The notes: generated from the letters alone by a model not told the origin. Positions 1 through 10,404 are shown, counted from the first letter of the stretch. The stretch is 43,293 nucleotides of DNA from an uncultured Candidatus Peribacteria bacterium (GCA_964522625.1 CAZFWS010000001.1:1-43293); one strand, 5' to 3'. Program-made: numbers and translations.

Positions 1-141
1 AAAAATATCATCACAGATAAAACCAATTTTTTGATCCCCAATAGCCATTGCTACTCATCAAAAAAGTCTACTTTTCCTGGGGTTTGGAAACACAGATAAT
101 ACATCGGTAATGTAATTGATAAAACCTTTTGAAGAAGACAT
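1..141 (-). CDS. TfoX/Sxy N-terminal domain protein (first 47 codons; gene continues off the left edge)
   Basis: ATG at 141. Translation MSSSKGFINYITDVLSVFPNPRKSRLFGGVAMAIGDQKIGFICDDIF fits the TfoX_N pattern (R.MFGG...g..fa.i.dd). The conserved GG is encoded by TGA-TGA (55-60). Confidence 0.7.
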
Positions 142-161
142 AATGTTGTAATTAAAATTTT

Positions 162-497
162 CTATATCTGCATATCAACGATTTCCATCAACTCTATATA
201 CGCTCCTACTGTTTTAGTATGAGGATTAGACCCAAGGATTTCAAGTGCTGCATCCTTGTCGGGTGCTGACAATATAGAGTACCCAGCAATCTCGTTAGAA
301 CACTCCTCGATAGTATTATCACTACTCACTCGAGTATTTTTTCATACAGGATTCCCTGGATCAACAAAACTATCACTGTGTTCTGTCATCCATTCCACCC
401 ATTCCTGCATATCTTGATCCTATTGTTCCTGAGTAACATTTGACCATTTTTTAAATGCCTCAGCATTTGCCCCATAAATAAGAAGAAATTTTTTCAT
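162..497 (-). pseudogene. YCII/DGPF-family small protein with an in-frame TAG (420-422)
   Basis: The 112-codon frame runs from ATG 497 to TAG 162-164. It reads MKKFLLIYGANAEAFKKWSNVTQEQ[TAG]DQDMQEWVEWMTEHSDSFVDPGNPVGKNTRV...GAYIELMEIVDMQI. Both halves look like one YCII-type protein, and there is also one TGA=Gly. Confidence 0.5.
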
Positions 498-547
498 AAT
501 TCGTGTGATGAGAAAATATACTGAACTATTATATATAATTACTTAAA

Positions 548-586
548 AACACCAACTACTAAATAATAGTAATTGGTGTTTTTTTG
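548..586. terminator. bidirectional stem-loop downstream of the tRNA
   Basis: aacaccaaCtact / agtaAttggtgtt forms a 13-bp stem with one mismatch and a 7-nt loop. It is flanked by an A-run on the left and a T-run on the right. Confidence 0.6.
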
Positions 587-595
587 AAAATTTTA

Positions 596-674
596 TGGAG
601 CGGGGGACGAGGTTTGAACTCGCACACCCGAGGGTTGAAGCCTCAGTACACTCACTCTTTTATGTTACCCCCGC
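596..674 (-). tRNA. tRNA-Gly(UCA), the UGA-decoding tRNA, with encoded CCA
   Basis: The reverse complement GCGGGGG-TA-ACAT..GTGT-A-(C)TGAGG-CTTCAAC-CCTCG(G)-GTGT-GCGAG-TTCAAAC-CTCGT-CCCCCGC-T-CCA folds as a cloverleaf. It has a 7-bp acceptor stem, a TTCAAAC T-loop, a short variable loop and an anticodon loop C-T-[TCA]-A-C. G1:C72, C2:G71, G3:C70 and U73 are bacterial tRNA-Gly identity elements. Confidence 0.85.
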
Positions 675-808
675 AAAAATGTATGGTAGCACAGATATGA
701 ATGCGTGAGATAGTATATAAAAATAAGTCGTGATTGCAAGATGATTATTGCATTTTTTCTATAAAAGAGGTATACTATATCTATACTACTTATCATTACT
801 ATTATATC

Positions 809-1531
809 ATGTTTGAATATCTGAAAGCACGTATTATCGAAAATATCTATTCTGGATTTTTATCTGGTCTAGAAGTCTATATTCCAAAGATTCTCTCTGC
901 TATTGCTATACTGGGTATCGGTTTATTGGTTGCTATAGGAACCTATAGAATGGTCCTCTATATTTTTTGAAAACTCAACCTCAACTCGCTCTTAAAAAAA
1001 TTTGAGATAGATATCATTGATGATGATAACAAAAAAGAGAAAAAAAATACTGAAAAAAAGATACATTTTTGAGCTAAAATAAGTAAAAAAATTAAAATAG
1101 AAGAAATTATTGCCAAGGCAATGTCCTACTATATCTTCCTGGTATTTTTTCGTTTTTCTATTGTTGCTATTGGAATCACTGAAGTAGAAAATTTTCTCCA
1201 AGACCTAATAGCCTATATTCCAAGCCTATTTATCGCGATTGTAATAGGATTCTTTGGTCTCAGATTTGCAAACTTTATCTATGATATTACCTACCATACA
1301 CTCAAAATTACCAAACAAAAAACCAGCAAAATCATAGCCAGTGGTGCAAAAATAATTATATTATTTTTCACTCTTATGATTGTACTGGATTATACAAAAA
1401 TTGTGGATGATTTTATTATCAATACTATATTTGTTGGGTTTATCACTACCCTCACTATTGCTGGATGACTCGCATTTGGACTGGGTTGACGAGAAGTTGC
1501 CAAAGAAATACTCGAAAGTTTTCGAAAATAA
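809..1531 (+). CDS. conserved-TM-helix repeat membrane protein (MscS-related family)
   Basis: Track ORFs 734-970 and 1121-1468 are in the same frame and are joined by TGAs. The C-terminus TIAGGLAFGLGGREVAKEILESFRK matches the ..LGLGGRD.A..iL motif of the family. There are several hydrophobic helices. The start is taken at ATG 809 (MFEYLK), since the upstream MQDDYC.. extension looks non-coding. Confidence 0.75.
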
Positions 1532-1556
1532 TCCTGATATCAGGATTATTTTTTTA
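1530..1556. terminator. bidirectional terminator between convergent genes
   Basis: Perfect palindrome aatcctgat/atcaggatt (1530-1547) followed by a T-run. It sits exactly between the stop at 1531 (+) and the stop at 1554 (-). Confidence 0.7.
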
Positions 1557-4079
1557 TTGTGGAATTTGAAACACGGATCACCTACTATATATCTCTGAAC
1601 CATCGGGTGAGGTAATAGCTGGAAAGATAATATCACATGGTCTCAGGGATGAAATAAAATCAATCGATTGATCACAGGGACAGCTCGTACATGAAGTATT
1701 TCATACAAAGGCACTTCCTCCATCATAGAGACAACTCTGATGTAAGTGTGTTTTGCTCGGGGATAATTGACAAATACGCTGTCAGGACTGGTTAGAGTCG
1801 CATATATATCCATCACTACAATCACTATTCTGAGTACATATTTGTTCAAAAAGTGGACACCCAGCGTTGGCACTATCTCAGGCAATTCCTGGACATACAT
1901 CATCACAATCATTCACCCCATCTCCATCACGATCTCAACCACAACTGATTCATACCACACTCACGAGTAAAGTAGCAGAAAGTGTATTATCGTCAGTATC
2001 ACTCACTACTAGTTCTATTTCATAGGTTCATATTTGAGTAAAAATATGATCGATAGTACTTCCTATACCACTATTTCCATCTCCAAAATCCCATACATAC
2101 GAATATTTACCACTTCCTCATGATACGAGAGCATTCAATCCTACTTGAAGTGGACCCGCTCCATAAATAGGATCAGCCTCTATCGAAACACTGAGATCAT
2201 CTTGTTGACTCTCAATAATAGGACTCGTTCATATAAAAGAGAGGGTATTATAGGTACTCCCTGTATTTCAACACTGATCGGTCACATCCAATCTCACGAC
2301 CCAGTCTCAGCCAGTAGCAAAATCATAGTTATCGATATATTTTCCATATCTCTGTACTTCTTGACCCGTAGATTGGTTTAAAAATCTCCATATATATCCG
2401 TCTGGATCTAATACTCATGATGCACAGACTCCATTTACTTCTGAGCCAAAATCAAATACTGTATCATCTGTGTTTCATAAATCGACATCTGCTTCAGAAC
2501 AATTCAATCACTGCGAACAGGACTCATCATATACATTAATATCTATCATGAGATTAATATTCTCTCATGAAGTATCTGTACTTCCGTCTGGAAATACAAT
2601 ATGGTTATGCACTTCCCCCGTGTTTCAACACTGATCTGTTACTTCTAGGATTACGACCCAGTCTCATCATGTCGCAAAATCATAGTTATCGATATATTTT
2701 CCATACCTCTGTACTTCTTGACCCGTAGATTCATTTAAAAATCTCCATACGTATCCATTGGGATCTGATACTCATGACTCGCAGACTCCGTATACTTCTG
2801 AGTCAAAATCAAATACCGTATCATCGGTACTTCATAGGTCAGTATCAGTTTCGGAACAATTCGATCACGGTGAACATGCTGCATCGTATATGTTAATATC
2901 TAACAGTAAATTTACATCGCCTCATAAAACATCACCACTTCCTCCTGGAAATGAAAGACTATTATATACTTCTCCGGTATTTCAACACCGATCCACAACC
3001 CGAAAAATAACTCTCCAGTCTCATCATGTCGCAAAATCATAATTATCTACATACCGTCCATAGCGAAATACTTCTTGCCCAGTTGATTGATTTAAAAACC
3101 TCCATATATATCCATCTGGATCTGACACTCATGATTCACAAACTCCTTGAATCTCGGATCAAAAATCAAACGTAGTCACATCTGTGTTTCATATATTTCT
3201 GATATCCCCTTCCACACAATTCGATCACTCTGAACATGTTTCATCGTATATATTAATATCTATCGCTAGATTATTTTCCTGAATATCGCGACAATTATTT
3301 GCTCTGAGAATAACATATGCTATCTGTAGAAAATCCTCCCGTGTTACCAAAGAATCCGGATAGAGTTTATTATTCTGTTTTTCAATCAATCGATATATCT
3401 GTTCATTTCAATTCGGATCAACATCTAACAGTTCATACTCGAGGGCTCGTTGAAAATCTGGATAAAATGAATATACGCTCCCATCTTCATTCCGTACTGA
3501 TACATCATCCGATAAATCAGCTGTGATTTGATTATTTTCGATCTGACTCCGAATCAGATCTGCCTGTTGATTGGTTAAAATTCCTGATGCTCTCAGTACA
3601 ACGGCCAGTGCTTCTTCGAGTAAAATCGTATTGTTTGGACAAAATGGTACTCATCATGATTGACTCGTTCCATCGTCACATACAGATCCTGGTTGATATC
3701 CACTCACATATCACCGATCACTCGCTCATGCAATACAATAAAAATATTGATTATTTGAATATACATCAAAAAATGGTTGAGTATTTGCATATGTCTGTAT
3801 GAGATCCAAACTGACATCAGGTTGAATACATTCTTCACAACTAATCTCTGTCAAGATTCATACAAATTCCTCTCGTGTCAAAAGTGCTGTTGGATTAAAA
3901 GCACCATGTTCATCTGGGACGATCGTTCCTCCATCATATAAGAGTTGTAATTGATCCAAATATGGGTAATTTCGATCGATATCTGAAAAAATATTTTCTA
4001 CCTCTAGCTGAGCAGAAAATACTTGTGTTCATAGGAACAAAAAGCTGATAACACAGAATAATAATCTTATGAACATCAT
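1554..4079 (-). CDS. secreted cell-surface protein: signal peptide, SLH-like repeats, 3 tandem PKD-like repeats, PKD domain, TSP3-type Ca-binding repeat, Cys-rich C-terminal domain
   Basis: 841 codons from ATG 4079 to TAA 1554-1556, with many TGA=Gly. N-terminus MMFIRLLFCVISFLFLGTQVFSAQ. SLH-like FSDIDRNYPYLDQLQLLYDGG..FNPTALLTREEFVGIL. PKD signature GSGKYSYVWDFGDGNSG..GTYEIELVVSDTDDN. TSP3-like DRDGDGVNDCDDVCP. Confidence 0.85.
2220..3290 (-). repeat. three tandem in-frame 357-bp (119-codon) coding repeats inside the surface-protein gene
   Basis: The landmark atcgatatat / atcgatatat / atctacatac recurs at 2331, 2688 and 3045, a period of 357 bp. At protein level the unit is ..IDINIYD..CS.G.NC.E.D...GNTD.T.FDF.SE..GVC.SGV.DP.GY.WRFLN.STGQEV.RYG.Y.DNYDFATGGDW.V...V.D.CGNTG. 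Outer boundaries are approximate. Confidence 0.8.
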
Positions 4080-4089
4080 GAATAAATAA

Positions 4090-4536
4090 TTATAGAGCAT
4101 ACATAACAATTCCAGCAGCCACCGATACATTCAGGCTCTCTTTTTTTCATCTCATAGGTATGATAATATTTTTATCCGAGATGTCTAATAAATCTGGATG
4201 AACTCCAGTGATTTCGTTTCACATAATGAGACATATTTTTGTATCATTATGATTAAATAGTTCTCTATAATCTACGGCATCATCAGTGAGTTCCACACAA
4301 TATATTTGGTATCACTGTTGTTGTATTTGTGCTACTGCTTCATTCACATCACTATAGTATTCCCATTCTATCCAGTCTTGTGCTCCCAGGGCTGTTTTTG
4401 ATATATCATTTCGGGGTGGTGTCGGAGTATGTCAGGTGAGAATCATTTTTTCAAATCCTGCCCCATCACAATTACGAAAAATCGCTCCAACATTTTGCAT
4501 AGAGCGGATAGAATCAAGCAATATAATTTTTGACAT
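4090..4536 (-). CDS. SpoU/TrmH-family RNA 2'-O-methyltransferase
   Basis: MSKIILLDSIRSMQNVGAIFRNCDGAGFEKMILTGHTP...LIMGNEITGVHPDLL..IIIPMRGKKESLNVSVAAGIVMYAL carries the three SPOUT motifs. 148 aa, 4 TGA=Gly. The stop lies 10 nt upstream of the surface-protein start. Confidence 0.85.
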
Positions 4537-4646
4537 AAAAATAGCTACAAAAGATAATTCAATCTAATAGTAGCTATTTTATGGTCTAATGCAATGGATT
4601 ATTAAGAGAAGTATTTTTTTCTTATCGTTGAATAAGGAGGATTTTT

Positions 4647-5105
4647 TTATGGAGAGAGTGTTGGTTTTCTTTTTTTAGGATATTTTTTCACTTTATATCA
4701 AGATTTTTTTATATTCAACAAAATTTTGTTAGCATATTCCCTAATAGCTCACACTATAGGAGGATATGTTGTTTTCGTTAAACCTGTAAGTCAAGCGCTT
4801 ATAGGTGAAGAGTAGGAGATCCTATATGTATTTTGAAAAAAATATAAAAACTCTATTACTGTTTGTTTCTCTTCATCACTTAAATCTCTAAATTGATTAT
4901 AATACATACCCTGTAATAAAGCAATATCCATTTTCAGTCATGTCGCTGTATTAAAACCTGTAAATACTTCTTCTAATTGATATTGAATATCTCTATCTTC
5001 TAATGCATCATAAATCTCCTGACCTGTACTGCACATGTATTTCACATCATCATAACCAATACGTATAATATATTCATCATATAATTCACATGATACGTGT
5101 TTCAT
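4647..5105 (-). CDS. hypothetical protein
   Basis: ATG 5105 (MKHVSCELYDEYIIRIGYDD...DLSDEEKQTVIEFLYFFQ..). Under table 25 the frame stays open through 4 TGAs to TAA 4647-4649, ending in a basic tail. No domain recognised. Confidence 0.5.
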
Positions 5106-5255
5106 AATTTGCTTCAAAATATATAATTAAATATCATAATAAATGTTATATAATTATTGTCAATACTTTCTCTCTGAAAAAATATTACTCTCTCTACCAC
5201 TTTTACATTATTTTGCTATACTCTATATAATTTCTAAATACTAATCCGTACGTAT

Positions 5256-7691
5256 ATGTCAGAAGCTCTTGTTATAGCAATAATCATTTCCATTGGGATT
5301 ATCTGTGGTATCGGTTTTGTATTTTTACGGATAAAAGAAAATTATAAACGTACTTTGAGTCTAACATTTTTACAGGTCACACTTCCAAAAAAAGAATCAG
5401 ATAGCGATGAGCGAAAAGAAACACAAAAAGATTTTAAAGAGATGATCTCTATTATGGAGCAATTATATTCATCCCTTAAAAGTCTCTATTCAAAAAAAAT
5501 ACTCAAAAAAATACTCTGACAGGATACGATTAGTTTTGAATATGTTGCTCACGAATGAGAAATTCGGTTTTTTATTGTGGTGCCAAAACACTATAAACAC
5601 TTGATAGAAAAACAAGTAAACGGATTTTATGCAGATGCGATTATAGAAGAAACCACTGAAATAAATATATTTAAAGGCAGATCAAAATATGCAGCGACAT
5701 ATATCAATACAGCCAAAGAATATTTTTTCCCGATTAAAACATACCAAAAACTCGAATCGGATCCTATTAATAATATCACCAATGCATTTTCTAAACTCGA
5801 AGAGGATGAATCAGCGGTAATACAAGTACTCCTACAGCCTATCGATGATGATTGGCAATCAAAATGTATCAAGGCATCACGTCAAATCATGCAATGAAAA
5901 AAAACCTATTTTAGTTTGAATCCTTTTAAAATTCTTCTGGGTATTTTTGAACTTTTTACCAGCTCATCAGATGACAATAATCAAAATCCACAAGATGATC
6001 ACTCATCAGCCCTCACCCAAGAAAGAGCAAAAACAGTAGATGAAAAATGAGACAAAAGTGGTTTTACAGCCATTGTAAGAATCATTGCTACCGGAAATTC
6101 TCAGCATATGGTAGATACCGAACTGGTAAATATTACGTCTGCTTTTTCACAGTTTTCCTATCCTGAGTTCAATAAATTTACCACCACTCTCCGACATTCA
6201 GAAAAAAAATTGATACATAACTATATATATCGGTATTTTAAAAAGCCCATGTATCTCAAAAAAATGATTCTCAATACAGAGGAGTTGGCCTCTATATTTC
6301 ACTTTCCTCATATCAGATATAATCAGACTCCTGAAATCAAGTGGCAAAATTTTAAAATCACCAAAGCTCCGAACAATATCCCAAAAGAGTGAATGCTGCT
6401 CGGGCATAATGTTCACCGATGAGTCAAAAAAGAAATCCGTATAAAAAATGAAGATCGATTCCGACACTTTTATGTTATCGGACAGACTGGTACTGGTAAA
6501 TCGAGTATCATGCAGGTGATGGCCAGACAGGATTTAGCAAATGGAAATGGTCTCTGTATTATGGATCCTCATGGTGATCTGGCAAAAGATCTCCTCCCCT
6601 TTATTCCCCGAGAGCGAGCAGATGATGTGATCATATTTGATCCCTCTGATACCGATCGACCACTTGGGCTTAATCTGCTCGAAGCCAAAAATCCAGAGGA
6701 TCATGATATGGTCGCACTCAATGCTATGAATATCATGATTAAACTCTTTTGAAGTGAGATCTTTGGTCCGCGAATTCAGGACTATTTTCGAAATGGGGTG
6801 ATGACATTGATGGCACATCCAGAATGATGAGCTTTGACTGATATTGTCCGCTTATTCACCAACGATGATTTTAGACGAGAACGAGTCAATAAACTCAAAA
6901 ATCCTATCGTAAAAGGATGGTGGGATAGTACCTATGCCAAGATGTGAGAACGAGAAAAATGAGAGATTATTCCCTACTTTGCTGCAAAATTTGGTGGCTT
7001 TATTACCAATGAAATGATGCGAAATATCATCGGGCAACTTGATTCTAGTTTTGATATTCTCGATATCATGCAGAATAAAAAAATACTCATGGTAAACCTG
7101 AGTAAATGAAGTATCGGTGATCTGAATTCAGAGCTCCTGGGTATGATTCTCGTCAGTAAAATACAAATGGCTGCCATGGGTCGAGACAAGATTCCAAAAG
7201 AGGATCGAACTGATTTTTTTCTCTATATTGATGAGTTCCAAAACTATGTTACTGACTCTATTGAATCTATTCTATCAGAAGCACGAAAATACCGATTAGG
7301 ACTTACCATTGCCCATCAATACCTCGGTCAATTAGAAAAATCTGACGCACTTACTAAATCAAACACCAACCTCAAAGATGCCATTTTTGGTAATGTTTGA
7401 TCTATTATGAGTTACAAGATCTGACCACAGGATGGAGAATTTATGGAAAAATACTATGCCCCAGTATTTTGAAACCAGGATTTAGTGAATATGGATAAAT
7501 TCAAAGCCGTTATGAAACTATCTGTTGATAACCAACCAACGGTTCCTTTTTCAGTGATTCCTCAAAATCCATATCTCGAAACCGGTGATCCAAAATTAGC
7601 CGATGCATTTAAAGAGCTCTCACGTCTCAAACATGGTCGAGATAAAGCATTTATTGGGAAAGAGATTGAGTATCGGATTGGGAGTATGTAG
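5256..7691 (+). CDS. VirD4/TraD-like (T4SS coupling-protein type) P-loop ATPase with N-terminal TM helix
   Basis: Six track ORFs (5256, 5577, 6108, 6510, 7143, 7485) share one frame and are joined only by TGA. The result is 811 aa ending at TAG 7689-7691. Walker A is YVIGQTGTGKSS, Walker B is DFFLYIDEFQNY, and there is RKYRLGLTIAHQYLGQL. The N-terminal helix is MSEALVIAIIISIGIICGIGFVFL. Confidence 0.8.
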
Positions 7692-7701
7692 AGAGGTATT
7701 G

Positions 7702-8778
7702 TTATGTAGGTATATATTCTTGAATATCATCAAAAACATATACACTCGATTTTCATATTTGTTCTTTTCAGATTCAACATATTTTATCTGCTCCATGAAC
7801 TAAAAAATTTACAAAATCATTTTTTGCTTCAAAAGATATCTCTCTTTTTTCACTTACATCGTCATCATCATTATTTACATTTTCTATATGAGTATCAACA
7901 GAATCAGCATATAATCACTCAGCAATATCTAAATCAGAATCCCTCATATCTATAATTCCTGAAGTAAAAGTCACTGGATATTGGCTTATATTTTTTGTAG
8001 ACACATTGAGTAACTCTTGTGCCTGTTTTAAAAAGATACGTTGTTCTGAAATAGAAAGTGTTGAAATAATAATAAATTCATCTCATCATAATCGACAGAT
8101 AGCTGATTTTTGCTTGTATTTTTTACCAATCAACTTATTAATTGTAGTGGTAAAAACCTTGAGAACCTTGTCTCATAATTTATGATCTCAATTATTATTA
8201 TACCGTGAAAAATCATCCAAATCAATATATGTAATAGTAGTATTTACAGCACTATCATCTAGGGATAGTAAAAGTCTTTTTTCTAATATATTATAAGCTC
8301 ATATTTTATTTCTCACTCATGTTCATACATCAATTCCAAAATCAATATCATTCTCATTTTGTAATTTAAATAGCTCTACTTCTGCTTTTTTAAAATCATT
8401 CCCGACATCGTAACGAGTTTTTTGCTCATCTTCTTTAATTTTTAAGAGTCTATCTATATGCATACGACTTTGTGCAATAATACTACTACATGGTCCATCA
8501 TTACACTGCTGTGATCAGAGAGAAGCGATAGTTTGATCTAATGATTTTATAATACGATTTGATCTATCTAGCATAGATTGTAATTTATGCACTTCTCTGC
8601 ATTGATCTTGAACAATAGCATAAACTTCCTGAATAGATGTTTTTGTTTCATGTGGAGCACGATGCGTACAACGTTGTTCGATATTTGGGTCTATTTTAGC
8701 GGTCATTCCTCACATTTTTGTATCTTCAAAATTACTACCAGGAACAACGTGTGATGCTTTGGGTCATTTTTTTATCAT
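7702..8778 (-). CDS. GGDEF-domain diguanylate cyclase with coiled-coil N-terminal region
   Basis: 358 codons from ATG 8778 to TAA 7702-7704 (alternative start at 8706). The motifs are YIDLDDFSRYNNNGDHKLGDKVLKVF and AICRLGGDEFIIIS (canonical GGDEF). Several TGA=Gly codons include the first two G of GGDEF. Confidence 0.8.
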
Positions 8779-9080
8779 AATATCTTCTTTTATTATAATG
8801 CCTCTTTTTTATTACAATATGTAATTATAATGGATATTATATAAAGTCAATATCTAATCTTTTTTCTTCTTTCCTTTTTTAATCACTCCTCTCCCGCAAT
8901 ATATCACCCCAACCATCGCCAGGATATGAAACAGAGTAATATAGCCAATAGCATGCAGAGCTGAGATATAGCCCAGACCAGTTCATACTATGAGGATCGT
9001 AGCCGGAATAGACCACATGATACATGAAATTGTTTTGAAAACAGGTGATGTGCTCCGTTTCCACTTAATGTGAAGTTTTT

Positions 9081-9094
9081 TTCAACATGTTGAA
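9081..9094. promoter_or_regulatory. perfect 14-bp palindrome TTCAACATGTTGAA in the divergent intergenic region
   Basis: Read directly from the sequence. It lies between the GGDEF gene (-) and dnaJ (+) and is a candidate operator. No known consensus was matched. Confidence 0.3.
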
Positions 9095-9312
9095 CAAGTA
9101 AAGTTGCTTCCTCTATGAAAATTAATAGCCTTATATATATCAAAAAAACTTTGAACATGACATCCAGATTGTTTCATAAGAGTGTATATAAAAAAATAGT
9201 ACTGTAATAGTACCCAGCCCCGAATGAGTTTCAAGTTTTTCCATCTTTACAAACGAGGGGTTTTGTATACAATGCGTCGGTATTTAATATATAAAAAATC
9301 ATAGAAAATATC

Positions 9313-10404
9313 ATGGATTTATACAGTGTTTTAGAAGTAGAAAAATGAGCCTCAAAAGATGAAGTTAAAAAAGCGTACCGAAAACTCGCTATGAAATATC
9401 ATCCAGATAGGAATGCTGGTGATAACGAAGCAGAAGAAAAATTTAAACAGATCAACGAAGCCTACCAAGTCCTCTCAGATGAGAGTAAGCGACAACAGTA
9501 TGACACCTATTGAAGTACTGGAGGAGGAGCTCAATGATTTGGATGAGGGGTCGATGTTGATATATCAGATATATTTGAGTCATTTTTTGGTGGATGAGGA
9601 TCGCGAACAGGAAGAACTGCCAGGCCACAAGAAATGAGATGAGAAGATCTCGAATATAGAATGTCTATTGATCTCAAAACGAGTATCTATGGTGGGAAAC
9701 AAACGATCTCTTTTGAAAAAGAAGCATTTTGTAAGAGCTGTGATGGAGTAGGATGAAGTGGAAAAAAGACCTGTCAAACCTGTTCTGGAACAGGACAAGT
9801 TACACATACACAACAAAGTGTATTTGGAACCATTCAACAACGGACCGTATGTCATGATTGTCAGTGAACCGGTGAAATATTTGAAACCGTCTGTGATGCT
9901 TGTCACGGGACCAAAAGAACCCAAATAAAACATGAAATAGAAGTCGATGTTCCTGCAGGAATTGATGATGGAATGGTGATTAAATTAACAGGAGAATGAA
10001 ATGATGGGATAGGAACAAAAGCCAGTGGAGATCTGTATATCAAATGTGCTGTTTCTCTCGAAGAAAAATGACTCGCCCGAGATGGAGATCAGCTCTATTA
10101 TAGCCTAGAAATAGATATCGTAGAAGCAGTTCTATGAACCAATAAAGACATCAATATTCCAATTATAGGGAAGCGAAATATCAACATCCCGGCTGGAAGT
10201 AATCATGGAGATGTGATCTCGTTTTATGGAGATGGAGTGAAAGACGTACAAAGAGATCATAAATGAGATCTCCTGATTACACTCACCATTAAAGTTCCAA
10301 AAAAACTCTCCTCAAAAGAAAGAGAGTTCTATGAGAATATCGCAAAAGAGCGAAAAATTAACGTCAACAATAAAAAATGAGTACTCGAAAAAATATTTGG
10401 TTAA
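9313..10404 (+). CDS. dnaJ: molecular chaperone DnaJ
   Basis: J-domain [34 protein letters not shown], a G/F region, and four CxxCxGxG zinc-finger repeats. 363 aa. TGA sits at conserved Gly positions (e.g. 9754-9756 and 9865-9867). Confidence 0.97.

Noticed and set aside
596-674. tRNA-Sec (selenocysteine) as the explanation for the UCA anticodon.
   Set aside because: The tRNA has a 7-bp acceptor stem and a 4-5-nt variable loop, not the 8-bp stem and long extra arm of tRNA-Sec. TGA is far too frequent and sits at Gly positions, and no SECIS-like context is evident.
734-808. An N-terminal extension (MQDDYCIFSIKEVYYIYTTYHYYYI) of the TM-helix protein.
   Set aside because: The composition looks like AT-rich promoter DNA read as protein. 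The ATG at 809 gives a normal N-terminus directly before the first TM helix.
2220-3290. The tandem repeats could be a CRISPR array or satellite.
   Set aside because: The period is 357 bp with no short repeat/spacer structure. The copies are diverged, in frame, and translate into a PKD-like protein repeat.
1643-3802. Track ORFs on the plus strand or in other frames (1767-1970, 2145-2381, 2758-3042, 3317-3526, 3587-3802, and 1643-1912 on the minus strand) could be genes.
   Set aside because: They are shadow frames of the 841-aa minus-strand gene. Their translations are low-complexity S/T/H-rich strings with no motifs.
8879-9064. A 61-aa protein, or RNase P RNA, SRP RNA, tmRNA or a c-di-GMP riboswitch in the GC-richer island.
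   Set aside because: The ORF starts only at GTG right after a stop and looks non-protein-like. I could not find the conserved cores of those RNAs: GAGGAAAGUCC with ACAGAA..GGCUUA, GGAAGCAGC, a tRNA-like end with UUCGA..CCA, or the GEMM-I ACGCAAAGCC type. Only short chance resemblances appeared. It is kept as an unassigned candidate in the findings.
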